Source: a virus (taxonomy: Duplodnaviria > Caudoviricetes). From it: a stretch of DNA of 38,040 nucleotides. Position numbers and translations under genes: made by a program. The stretch spans positions 1 through 38,040 of the IMG/VR virus record IMGVR_UViG_3300044507_000063; one strand, 5' to 3'. This document shows positions 28,032-36,360 of the stretch, piece by piece. Below the pieces are notes generated by a model that did not search any database, was not told the DNA's origin, and saw only the letters and a program-made list of their open reading frames with translations. Each line of letters starts with the position of its first letter. The first letter of the stretch is position 1.

Positions 28032-28290
28032 TTTTTTTTGTTTCCCTAAATTTACGCATATTGAGACTATCGGCAACATAAGTACATAAAGGGGAACAAT
28101 AGAATTTCTTGCCAAAATATTCAAATTCTTTTTTACACATTAGGCATATTTTATTCTTTTTTTTTCTTGGGCTGTGGATAAGGCAATATTTTTTTCTTCT
28201 GGAAATATAACAATCGATAGAACAAATGGAAGTCTTTCCTTTTTTGGGGAAAGACTTACCGCATTGAGAGCAGGTGGATAAATCTGTCAA
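28009..28290 (-). CDS. double zinc-finger protein
   Basis: Two CxxC.K.F...CSxxC repeats. Confidence 0.65.
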   Translation of the reverse strand: MTDLSTCSQCGKSFPKKGKTSICSIDCYISRRKKYCLIHSPRKKKNKICLMCKKEFEYFGKKFYCSPLCTYVADSLNMRKFRETKKNAKSTKT

Positions 28291-28652
28291 AATGGCAATT
28301 CCTCATCTTTTTCTTGTTTAGCAGGCTGAGGAGCAGCTTTCGGATAATCAAAAGCTGAAGGAGATGCATTAGGATTTGGACGGCTGTTAAGTTTGTTAAC
28401 ATTATCTCGGATGAAATTCAGAAGAAGAGTTGATTTCATTCTGCTATCAGTTTCGAATCCTTCGTAATATTTTTTCATTCCTGCAAGGTCGGTTTCAGAG
28501 ATTGAAGGTGGAGCGAAATATTGTCCGGAACCGTCTTTCTTTTGCATGTGGCGGAAGCGCATAATCCAATCGTTAACGAGAATGACGGCGATGCCAAGTT
28601 GGAGGTTGTCATTTGGTGTTTTAATGTAATCAATAAATTGATAATCGTTCAT
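28287..28652 (-). CDS. putative ssDNA-binding protein (SpoVG-like fold possible)
   Basis: Y.APPS core, P/Q linker, acidic DEELPF C-terminal tail. Confidence 0.55.
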   Translation of the reverse strand: MNDYQFIDYIKTPNDNLQLGIAVILVNDWIMRFRHMQKKDGSGQYFAPPSISETDLAGMKKYYEGFETDSRMKSTLLLNFIRDNVNKLNSRPNPNASPSAFDYPKAAPQPAKQEKDEELPF

Positions 28653-29030
28653 GAGTTCCTATAAGTTTAAAATATTTATTTGTTTTGAATAAGCTTTTGG
28701 AAATGGCCGCATTGGAAGAAGTGAAATAATGTAAAACTCGCCATTTGCCTTTAAATGATCTATTTTCTGTAAAACGTCTCTAGACATCTAAGTTTTCCTT
28801 TTTAAGCTTGTAGCCCTGTTTATGTGCGAATTAGAGCTATTCCTGTTAATCATCACAACTTTCCAACTCATCAATCAGCTTATTTAGCAAATCTAAGTCA
28901 ATCATCGTTTGATCTTCGAGACATTCACCCCATTGGATGAGGATTTCAATTTCGTCGGCAGAGAGATCAATTTTCATAATTTTTCCTTTTCGATCAGGTT
29001 AAACAATGGTAAATTATTTGGCAATTGTTT

Positions 29031-29813
29031 TTAACTTGCAATATCTTTTTTTAATTTTTGATATTCCTGCATTTTTATAGATTCTTTTAATAACCATCGA
29101 TCTGGAATTTTTAGATTTTTCTGGTTAGGTTCGCGATCTTTAAATAATTTTAAAACTTCTTGAACAGCATAAGGCGAAGAAGACTTAACAGCTTCGCTTA
29201 TTCCAAGCTCAGAAAAAGGCATTTTAGCATTGAGAGAAGCTTGAATAAGATTTAGGATTTTTTTTATTTCTTCAGTACCGACCCTCCATCCATCTTTTTC
29301 TAAATATGAACCGGAGGGAGGGATGTTCTTCTTAAAAGGGTTCTTCTTAAAGGGTTCTTCTTTGTGTGACGTTTCTGGACTAGGGTGGTGACGATTCTGG
29401 ACTACCCCTGGTGTCAATTCTGGACTAGGTAGTCCAAATTCTGGACTACCTTTAATTTTATTTTTAAAGTATTCGTAATTATCAGGCCAAATGTCTACAA
29501 TAGTCAAAAGATTTGTATCTTGATCTCCATGTTCAGTATATCTAGATTTACAGATTATGAGAGGTTTTTTTAATATTGGATTAACTTGACAAAGTTTAGG
29601 AATTATAATGAAAAGAGTGGCTCGACCAACCCCCGCAGAAGAACATAATTTTGGATATGATTTTGTACATTCACCTTTATCTCCAGCAGCTCGTTTTATA
29701 GCGCAATAAACTGAAATCTCATTACATTTCAAACCAATCTCGAAGATTATATTCGGTAATTCTGTTCTGTAAATATGGTTTGAAGAATTATCTTTGATAG
29801 TAAAATCAGACAT
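29031..29813 (-). CDS. replication initiator (lambda O-like, winged HTH)
   Basis: T.LPN.I...VY..IK..AG..G.C..S...L...G N-terminus; TN..TI motif; internal iterons. Confidence 0.8.
   Translation of the reverse strand: MSDFTIKDNSSNHIYRTELPNIIFEIGLKCNEISVYCAIKRAAGDKGECTKSYPKLCSSAGVGRATLFIIIPKLCQVNPILKKPLIICKSRYTEHGDQDTNLLTIVDIWPDNYEYFKNKIKGSPEFGLPSPELTPGVVQNRHHPSPETSHKEEPFKKNPFKKNIPPSGSYLEKDGWRVGTEEIKKILNLIQASLNAKMPFSELGISEAVKSSSPYAVQEVLKLFKDREPNQKNLKIPDRWLLKESIKMQEYQKLKKDIAS
29373..29448. repeat. iteron array, putative replication origin
   Basis: TTCTGGACTA at 29373, 29395, 29418 and 29439 (spacing 22, 23, 21), a near-inverted copy at 29430, and an adjacent AT-rich tract. Confidence 0.8.
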
Positions 29814-29958
29814 ATGAGCGCGCCTTTTTAACAATTTTAAGGTCAACGCTTGAGTGAAATTCTCGGAATTGGTATAGTGGGGATAGTCAGTCCCACTTGC
29901 TTCACACAAGCATACGAACAGCCGACCCCGCAAAGGTCGGCTGTGTCATTTCTATACT

Positions 29959-30261
29959 CTACGCTTCATCTGGTTTAAACTCAATCAAAGTTCTCTCGCA
30001 ATTACCAGAGCAGCATATTTCCGTTGTTCCATCATCAAGCGCGATTATTCTTGGCCGAGCGAGTAGCATTTCAAGACCTTCTTCATGTGTATAAATGTAG
30101 CCGTACAATTCCAAAAATCTTAGCATTTCTGAAAAATATGGTTCATAGAATGCAATGGAATCATGATGTTGAAGATAGTACTCACAAATCATTATGTATA
30201 CGTCGCAAACTACCCCGTAATTATTAACTTTTTGATAACAAGAAGGGCAAAGCATTTGCAT
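29959..30261 (-). CDS. hypothetical Cys-rich protein
   Basis: 100 aa; CPSC and LRFLE..GYI.T.E. Confidence 0.65.
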   Translation of the reverse strand: MQMLCPSCYQKVNNYGVVCDVYIMICEYYLQHHDSIAFYEPYFSEMLRFLELYGYIYTHEEGLEMLLARPRIIALDDGTTEICCSGNCERTLIEFKPDEA

Positions 30262-30348
30262 GTAAGTAATTAATTTAAATATAGTTGTGGTAGGAAATTC
30301 GCGCTTGAAGTATCATGGAAGGCGGAAATTTCCTAATAATTCAATTTT

Positions 30349-30383
30349 CGTGTGTTCGGTTACAGCCGGACACACGCCTTTTT
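30349..30383 (+). terminator. intrinsic terminator
   Basis: CGTGTGTTCGG/CCGGACACACG stem followed by ccttttt. Confidence 0.6.
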
Positions 30384-30468
30384 CTTATATTCACTATTTT
30401 TTTTTAGATCAACCACAAAACATTTGCGCTAATGTGTTCAGAGCGTTAATTTGAGTTTGAGGTGAACC

Positions 30469-30600
30469 ATGAAAAAAGTATTAGAAGAGTTAATCTATGC
30501 TTTCGAGAACAGCCTAGAATTTCGAGTTTTTGTGTTAACATTTGGGTTTATTTTCATAATGTTTCTTATCTGTATTTATTTTCTTATTTGCATTCAATGA
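30469..30600 (+). CDS. small hydrophobic peptide (43 aa)
   Basis: GAGGTG RBS; MKKVLEELIYAFENSLEFRVFVLTFGFIFIMFLICIYFLICIQ; overlaps the cro 3' end in antisense. Confidence 0.45.
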   Translation: MKKVLEELIYAFENSLEFRVFVLTFGFIFIMFLICIYFLICIQ

Positions 30601-30783
30601 AGCCTTATAAAGATCTTCAAGTGTGATCTTGTGTTTTGAAGCTATGCAAATTTTCATTGCCGTTGATAATTTTATGTCAGCTCCATTCAACATTTTAAAT
30701 ATTGTCGATTGAGTTACTTTAGAGCGTCTAGACAATGTCGCTTGTGTCATACCAGAATCGTCTAAAAATTCCCTTAAATCCAT
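30535..30783 (-). CDS. Cro/XRE-family HTH regulator
   Basis: MDLREFL...GMTQATLS...VTQSTI...G....L.TA.KI....ITLEDL. Confidence 0.85.
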   Translation of the reverse strand: MDLREFLDDSGMTQATLSRRSKVTQSTIFKMLNGADIKLSTAMKICIASKHKITLEDLYKASLNANKKINTDKKHYENKPKC

Positions 30784-30889
30784 AATTATTTTCCTTTTGT
30801 GAGTTTATTTTCTTGCTTTACTTATTCTTTAAGTGTTATATTTACGGATTAAAGTACACAAAACGCGGATTGTCCGCAAGGAGTTTTAA

Positions 30890-31072
30890 ATGACATCAGT
30901 ATCAGAAGCTATCGAAAATCTTCGCAACGCCTATTCAATTTTAGAGGAGCATGTCAATAACCCACAAAATTTCAATTCAGATTATGCGAATGATTTTGAA
31001 ATAATATCTTGGGAGCTTTACAAACATATGAACGATATAAAATATATTTCTAATCGGTATGGAGTCCTATGA
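30890..31072 (+). CDS. hypothetical protein
   Basis: AAGGAG RBS; divergent from cro. Confidence 0.65.
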   Translation: MTSVSEAIENLRNAYSILEEHVNNPQNFNSDYANDFEIISWELYKHMNDIKYISNRYGVL

Positions 31073-31275
31073 ATCAGCAACTTTATAATCAGATTGCCGA
31101 TAATTTTTACGAGATCGTTGAAGAACTTTACAACTCTAAAAATGCGATCTCGGAAGAAAGAATAAATTTTAATGTAGAACAACTCTGCAACACATTTGGA
31201 ATAGACACGGATATTTTAAAAGATGGTCTTTGCGTTAAGCATAAAAATAAAAGGTATATTTATGAATCTACATAG
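31069..31275 (+). CDS. hypothetical protein
   Basis: GGAG RBS; ATGA coupling. Confidence 0.65.
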   Translation: MNQQLYNQIADNFYEIVEELYNSKNAISEERINFNVEQLCNTFGIDTDILKDGLCVKHKNKRYIYEST

Positions 31276-31915
31276 TGAACAAATCAATGAAATCTCTACT
31301 GCTTTATCTAAGGCACAAGGGGAAATTAAAGCGGCTCAGAAAGATGGAACTAATCCTCATTTTAAGTCTAAGTTCAGTACTTTACATAGTCATTGGGAAG
31401 CTTGTCGTCCGATCTTGTCTAAAAACGGATTAGCGGTCACTCAGTTAGCAAATATGCTAGAAGATGGACGAGATGTGCTTGTGACCATTTTATCGCATTC
31501 TAGCGGCCAATGGTTCAAGTCTTCGATGGTTCTTAAACCTGTAAAAAACGATCCGCAAGGAATGGGATCTTGTTTGTCATATGCTAGGCGTTATATGTTA
31601 TCTGCCATCGTAGGCACAACATCCGATGACGATGATGATGATGCGGAGGCTGCTTCCGGTCGTGGTAAAGATACTAAACCTGTACCTAAGCCTGCTAAAG
31701 TAGAAGCATCCCCAGAAGCTATAAAAATAGTCGATGCTAATCAAGCTCTTGAATTATTGACCTTGAGATTGAAGCTTGATAGTCCTGATAGGAAATTGTT
31801 TGACGATTGGGTTGTGAAAACCTATATGATTAACTCACTTGAATATCTTCCAGAATCAGGATATGACAAAGTTTTGCTAATTCTGAGAAAGAAGGTGCCT
31901 AATGAAGATAATTAA
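31262..31915 (+). CDS. ERF-family ssDNA annealing protein
   Basis: AL.KAQ....A.KD..NPHFKS, T.L.H.SGQW, PQ..GS..SYARRY.L...G...DDD. Confidence 0.92.
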   Translation: MNLHSEQINEISTALSKAQGEIKAAQKDGTNPHFKSKFSTLHSHWEACRPILSKNGLAVTQLANMLEDGRDVLVTILSHSSGQWFKSSMVLKPVKNDPQGMGSCLSYARRYMLSAIVGTTSDDDDDDAEAASGRGKDTKPVPKPAKVEASPEAIKIVDANQALELLTLRLKLDSPDRKLFDDWVVKTYMINSLEYLPESGYDKVLLILRKKVPNEDN

Positions 31916-32474
31916 TATGTCTCAAGACACTCCTGAATGGTTGGCATGGCGTCGTAGTTGTGTGACGGCAACAGACGCCAGCGTCATTATGGGTGTTAAT
32001 CCTTATTGCAAGATTGATAAGCTCCGACTAAAAAAGTTGGGGCTTCTTCCTGAAGAGGAAGTTAATCAATTTATGCAAAGAGGTAAAAATCTTGAACCTG
32101 AAGCCCGTAATAAATTTAATAAAGATAATGCAATGGATATGGTTCCGATGATTGTTGAATCGTCGGAACATCCATTTTTAGGAGCTTCTCTTGATGGTTT
32201 TTATAAAATTGCTGATGACACATCATTTATTTTAGAAGTCAAATGCCCAATGAAGAATAGTATGGATGAAGCAAAATCTGGTATTGTAAAGCCGCTTTAC
32301 ATTGCTCAAATGCAGCACCAATTGCTTGTCACAGGTACAGACATATGCTATTACTATTGCTACGATGGATCAGAAGGTCATACAATCGAAGTATACCCTG
32401 ACAAAGAATGGCAATCTGAATACTTGCCAAAAGCAGAAGAGTTTTGGATGAGTTTGATATTTTACAAGGAATAA
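31902..32474 (+). CDS. YqaJ-like viral recombinase exonuclease
   Basis: Q.TPEW..WR...TA.D, RG..LEP.AR, ASLDG, EVKCP, Y.AQ.QHQ. Confidence 0.92.
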   Translation: MKIINMSQDTPEWLAWRRSCVTATDASVIMGVNPYCKIDKLRLKKLGLLPEEEVNQFMQRGKNLEPEARNKFNKDNAMDMVPMIVESSEHPFLGASLDGFYKIADDTSFILEVKCPMKNSMDEAKSGIVKPLYIAQMQHQLLVTGTDICYYYCYDGSEGHTIEVYPDKEWQSEYLPKAEEFWMSLIFYKE

Positions 32475-32475
32475 C

Positions 32476-32634
32476 ATGAAACTTATACATTTATCCGCAT
32501 TGGCGCTTTTAACAAGCTGTACTTTTAGTGTAAATCTCGTCCATACTGAAGGTTCGGCTTCTGATGTTGTAGATGAAAATCAAAGAGCTGATCCCGATGT
32601 AAATACATCACTAGAAATTCCAGCTCATATATAG
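32476..32634 (+). CDS. small lipoprotein (52 aa)
   Basis: MKLIHLSALALLTSC lipobox; AAGGA RBS. Confidence 0.7.
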   Translation: MKLIHLSALALLTSCTFSVNLVHTEGSASDVVDENQRADPDVNTSLEIPAHI

Positions 32635-32794
32635 ATTTTCGTGAGATTTGGAAATGAAATAATCGTTATACATAAAATTTAACGATTTTTGAGCACATCC
32701 ATCCGAAAAGTGGAAGCTGTTTGTATTTGCATTCGCAATGTTTAACATGTTTATCGCAACCTTTACATTGTTCCATAATTTTACCTTTTAAATA

Positions 32795-32831
32795 AAAAAC
32801 CCATATTGAGGTTAATCAATATAGGTTTTTT
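32795..32831. terminator. bidirectional terminator candidate
   Basis: aaaaaCCcATATTGA-ggttaa-TCAATATaGGtttttt. Confidence 0.55.
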
Positions 32832-32864
32832 ACTCTTCGAGGTCAATCAAAGATAACTTTTAGA

Positions 32865-32993
32865 CTATTTTTTCTTCATTTTATCATATTTTTCTATTTT
32901 TTTGTCATGTTTCTTATCTTCTTTTAACAATGATTTTGTGCCTTTGAGAAGCTGTTTTTCTTTTGATTCTAATTTTTTAATTTTTTTGTCCAT
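32865..32993 (-). CDS. small Lys-rich protein (42 aa)
   Basis: MDKKIKKLESKEK...MKKK. Confidence 0.6.
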   Translation of the reverse strand: MDKKIKKLESKEKQLLKGTKSLLKEDKKHDKKIEKYDKMKKK

Positions 32994-32994
32994 T

Positions 32995-33147
32995 TTATTT
33001 ACCTTTTTTCTTTGGAATCTTAGCACCAGCCTTACGAGCTGTAGAAAGAGCAATTGCTATCGCTTGTTTCTGAGGTTTGCCATGTTCCATTTCAGTTTTT
33101 ATATTTTTTGATACCGCTTTTTTTGATTTACCTTTATCTAATGGCAT
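32995..33147 (-). CDS. small basic phage protein (50 aa)
   Basis: MPLDKGKSKKAVSKNIKTEMEHGKPQKQAIAIAL, a pattern I recognise from other phages. Confidence 0.7.
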   Translation of the reverse strand: MPLDKGKSKKAVSKNIKTEMEHGKPQKQAIAIALSTARKAGAKIPKKKGK

Positions 33148-33173
33148 TTTAGAGTGTTCCTAAACGAGGTTAT

Positions 33174-33338
33174 ATGAAATATTTATTTGTCGCTTTAATG
33201 TGTATCTCATCTTTTCTTTTTTCAAAAGAATATAAGTATGATTTATCCATTTGTACCATGTACAGAAGAAAATTTAAAAAAATGAAAAGGATATTTAATG
33301 ACGTTTATGACGACATGTTAAGCGACAAGCATAGATGA
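33174..33338 (+). pseudogene. possible internally deleted glycosyltransferase remnant (54 aa)
   Basis: GAGGT RBS; signal peptide, then YKYDLSICTM, joined to FNDVYDD. Confidence 0.35.
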
Positions 33339-33372
33339 AATTCTTCTATCTTTATAAAGATAAATTGAATAT

Positions 33373-34725
33373 TTAACCCATTAGAAATCCCGACATCATA
33401 GTGGAAGCGCCTTCAGTTGTACTTAATATATCGACAACTTTGCTTCCTCCAGTAACAGAAAGCGTTACGGTATAAGTATCCGCGGCATCCAAATCTGCTA
33501 ATACTGATCCAGTAATTTGAATACTTCCAAAATTATTAGCAACGTTTGCAGCATTTGCTGTATAAATTAGATAAGTTCTGTTAGATGTTACCATGCTTAC
33601 GGTAACATTTACTAGACCTGCAACAACTCCACCCACAGCTACAGCACATGTAAGCATATATCGACCAGTAACGGGCGCTGTGAAAGTACCTGTTGCAAAA
33701 TTATTTGCCTGATCGAATATTTTTGTTAATGCTGTCGTTGTTCCAAGCGTGAAGACGGTTCCATCTCCAGTAACATTTGAAACTTGAGTTGGCAGAATGG
33801 CTAAAAAAGCAGGTTGATTCTGACTTTTCCATTTACCAAGATTCATGAAATTGGCATTTTGAGTTGTTGTATTGATTACACTAGAAGAACCTGAAAATGC
33901 AATACCGGAAATAACAATAGTTCCAGCTCCTGTTATAGCATTCGTATTTGTGCTTGAAACATCACAAAGGGTTAAAGTCAATGTAGCATTAACACTAACG
34001 CTAATAGCACTAGATGAACCACCTGAAAATCTACATTCAGATAATATATTGTTTGATGATGATGCTCCATGAGTAATGCATGTAACACCTAAACCCATGT
34101 TAACATACAACATATTTAAAACGCCAGTTGATGACGTTGTAATAGCAAAAGCTATTGTACTATATCTTATGCTGACAGTACCACCAGAAATTGTCGATGT
34201 TCCAATATTATTAGTATCGTGATAAAGAAAAAATAAATTCAATGTTCCTGCGCTAACGTCAAAGAAAGCATTTGTATTTGTAAAATTTACACCTACGCAA
34301 TGAAGCAAATCAAGCGTTGCATTTGCATTGGATAAACTTATTCCTGTTGCTGTTGTAACAATCACTTCGCAGTTTATTAAATTTAAACTTGTCGCATTTG
34401 ATCCTGAACATGTAATTACGTTTGCTGAATTAGTATTTTCCAGATTTATTCCAGATATGTTAACGATTCCTGTATATGTAGCTGTTAATGTTCCGTTAAT
34501 TACAACGTTCCCAAAAAAAATTCCATCGCATGTATAAGATGTTAAATTAACCCCGGCTTTGAGTGAAAGGTTCTCTATAAATGTCCCGGGCATTATAAAA
34601 ATCGTATCGCCTGCTGATGCGCTTGTAATTGCTGTGGCTATGGTCGTGTGCGTGCCTTCACCGGCTACCGTAGAAACTACCCATTTTGCAGGGCTATAAA
34701 AATTGATTGCATTGGCTTGAACCAT
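33373..34725 (-). CDS. tail fibre/spike with beta-helix-like body and C1q-like C-terminus
   Basis: TTIATAI..A..GDTI.I.PG.F.ENL.L start of a beta-helix; FTAPVTGRY C1q motif. Confidence 0.75.
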   Translation of the reverse strand: MVQANAINFYSPAKWVVSTVAGEGTHTTIATAITSASAGDTIFIMPGTFIENLSLKAGVNLTSYTCDGIFFGNVVINGTLTATYTGIVNISGINLENTNSANVITCSGSNATSLNLINCEVIVTTATGISLSNANATLDLLHCVGVNFTNTNAFFDVSAGTLNLFFLYHDTNNIGTSTISGGTVSIRYSTIAFAITTSSTGVLNMLYVNMGLGVTCITHGASSSNNILSECRFSGGSSSAISVSVNATLTLTLCDVSSTNTNAITGAGTIVISGIAFSGSSSVINTTTQNANFMNLGKWKSQNQPAFLAILPTQVSNVTGDGTVFTLGTTTALTKIFDQANNFATGTFTAPVTGRYMLTCAVAVGGVVAGLVNVTVSMVTSNRTYLIYTANAANVANNFGSIQITGSVLADLDAADTYTVTLSVTGGSKVVDILSTTEGASTMMSGFLMG

Positions 34726-34754
34726 TAGATTTTAATCCTTTTCTTAACGATTTA

Positions 34755-35765
34755 TTATGCAGATAATGTCCAAGATCCTATTGAAGATACTGCGTAGAAG
34801 AACCCATCTGTTGCATTAAATCTCAAAGTTAAACTATCGCCTATTGCAGTACTTGTAGCTGAACCTGCTGCTCCAGTTATAGAAGCACCAACACGTATTT
34901 TTTGAGCAGTAACTGACTGAATAATTAAGGCCCCAGCAGTGGTGCAAACAAAAATGAAGAGATCTCCATCTGCCAACCCAGCGGACGCAGGAAGTGTGCG
35001 TGTTACTGCTGCAGTAACGAATTCACCGGTATTAAGGGAAGATGTAGCACTGGCACCAACTTGAGAGAATGGAGGGCTTTTAACGGTTAGTGTAGATCCT
35101 GATCCTGATGTTTTAGATCCAGAAAGTCCTAGAATATTCCAATTTCCGAGTAATGGACTAAGCGCACCTCCTGAATCACCAGTAATTTTTTCACCGATTC
35201 CAGATCCATTAACGGAAACAAAACCATTTGCATCACATGTAAATCGCGCACTATCAAAATTAGCTAAACCTATTTTGTTTCCGTCACTAGCTGCCAATGC
35301 TTGACTTATTTGCACTTGTAAAGCCATTGTATTGACTCCAGTGCCTTTTGTACTTACTGGATTTGTGCCAGAACTGACAGTGACACCATTAAAAGTCACA
35401 ACACCAAAAGAAGGCACAACAGGAGTGATTCCGCTTTGTAATGCGAATTTTTCTACTGCAGCACCTCCTCCAACAAGTGTAACAAATCCATTAGAATCTA
35501 CTGCAAAAATAGTCGAATCAAAAGCTGCTACGCCGACTTTAGTAGCATCAGTAGCAAGTATCGCTTGTGATAATTGGATTTTACCCGTAACTGTATTACC
35601 TGATCCTGTTGTACTGAAAGGCGTAGAACCTGCTACAGAAGTTGCTCCAAAAATATTCAAAACATTTAATGCTGGAATTGCAGTTCCAGAATTAGTAACA
35701 AAACTTGTCGGAACATCGGGAGGTAATATGGAATCAGCAATTTTTAAAATTCCAGCTTGGCTCAT
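34755..35765 (-). CDS. tail fibre protein with internal duplication
   Basis: Two copies of Q.SQA..A.D..K.G.A.FDS..F..D.NGFV; TLPA...GD...GDSLTL....W C-terminal module. Confidence 0.7.
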   Translation of the reverse strand: MSQAGILKIADSILPPDVPTSFVTNSGTAIPALNVLNIFGATSVAGSTPFSTTGSGNTVTGKIQLSQAILATDATKVGVAAFDSTIFAVDSNGFVTLVGGGAAVEKFALQSGITPVVPSFGVVTFNGVTVSSGTNPVSTKGTGVNTMALQVQISQALAASDGNKIGLANFDSARFTCDANGFVSVNGSGIGEKITGDSGGALSPLLGNWNILGLSGSKTSGSGSTLTVKSPPFSQVGASATSSLNTGEFVTAAVTRTLPASAGLADGDLFIFVCTTAGALIIQSVTAQKIRVGASITGAAGSATSTAIGDSLTLRFNATDGFFYAVSSIGSWTLSA

Positions 35766-36110
35766 TTATTCACCTTTACCGTATATGGCTACCAAATATA
35801 CTGTACCTGTAGCCGGAAGAGTTGGAGCTGTTAAATATTTAACATATACTTGCGTTCCCAATTCATATCTAAACATTTCATTAGCATCTTCGTCACTCGT
35901 CAAGTCATAAAGCGAAAAAGAATTAGATAATACGACAGTATTTATTGTGGTTCCATCAAAACTGATAGCCATATCTCCATTCGTATTATTTATGAAATGG
36001 AGCACGCGCATAGCGTGCCCAAATGAAGAACCTAAAGTTTTAAATGAAGATGTAATATCTGCTAATGCTATAGTGCGAATAGCATCAAATCTAACTATAT
36101 TACTAGCCAT
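35766..36110 (-). CDS. hypothetical structural protein
   Basis: 114 aa, within the fibre operon. Confidence 0.65.
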   Translation of the reverse strand: MASNIVRFDAIRTIALADITSSFKTLGSSFGHAMRVLHFINNTNGDMAISFDGTTINTVVLSNSFSLYDLTSDEDANEMFRYELGTQVYVKYLTAPTLPATGTVYLVAIYGKGE

Positions 36111-36112
36111 GT

Positions 36113-36304
36113 TTACTCTGTTTTTTCTTGTTCAGGCTCATTTTTTTTATCTACATTTTGAGCTTCGTTAATCTTACCGACAACAAAAGATCTCATTTGA
36201 AATAGTGCATCATGTACTTCTCCAAGTGGTGAATCTGAAGGAAGAAGCAATTGATAAATTCTTTCACCGATTTTCACTTCTAACATTGCTGATTGTTTTA
36301 ACAT
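36113..36304 (-). CDS. hypothetical protein (possible fibre chaperone)
   Basis: 63 aa, follows the long fibre gene. Confidence 0.6.
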   Translation of the reverse strand: MLKQSAMLEVKIGERIYQLLLPSDSPLGEVHDALFQMRSFVVGKINEAQNVDKKNEPEQEKTE

Positions 36305-36360
36305 AAAAACTCTCTTTTAAAAGGTTAAAGGAATATTTTGTATATCCTTTAACTTATTTA

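Noticed and set aside
29320-29450. CRISPR array
   Set aside because: Repeats are 10 bp with 11-13 bp gaps inside a coding gene, consistent with iterons
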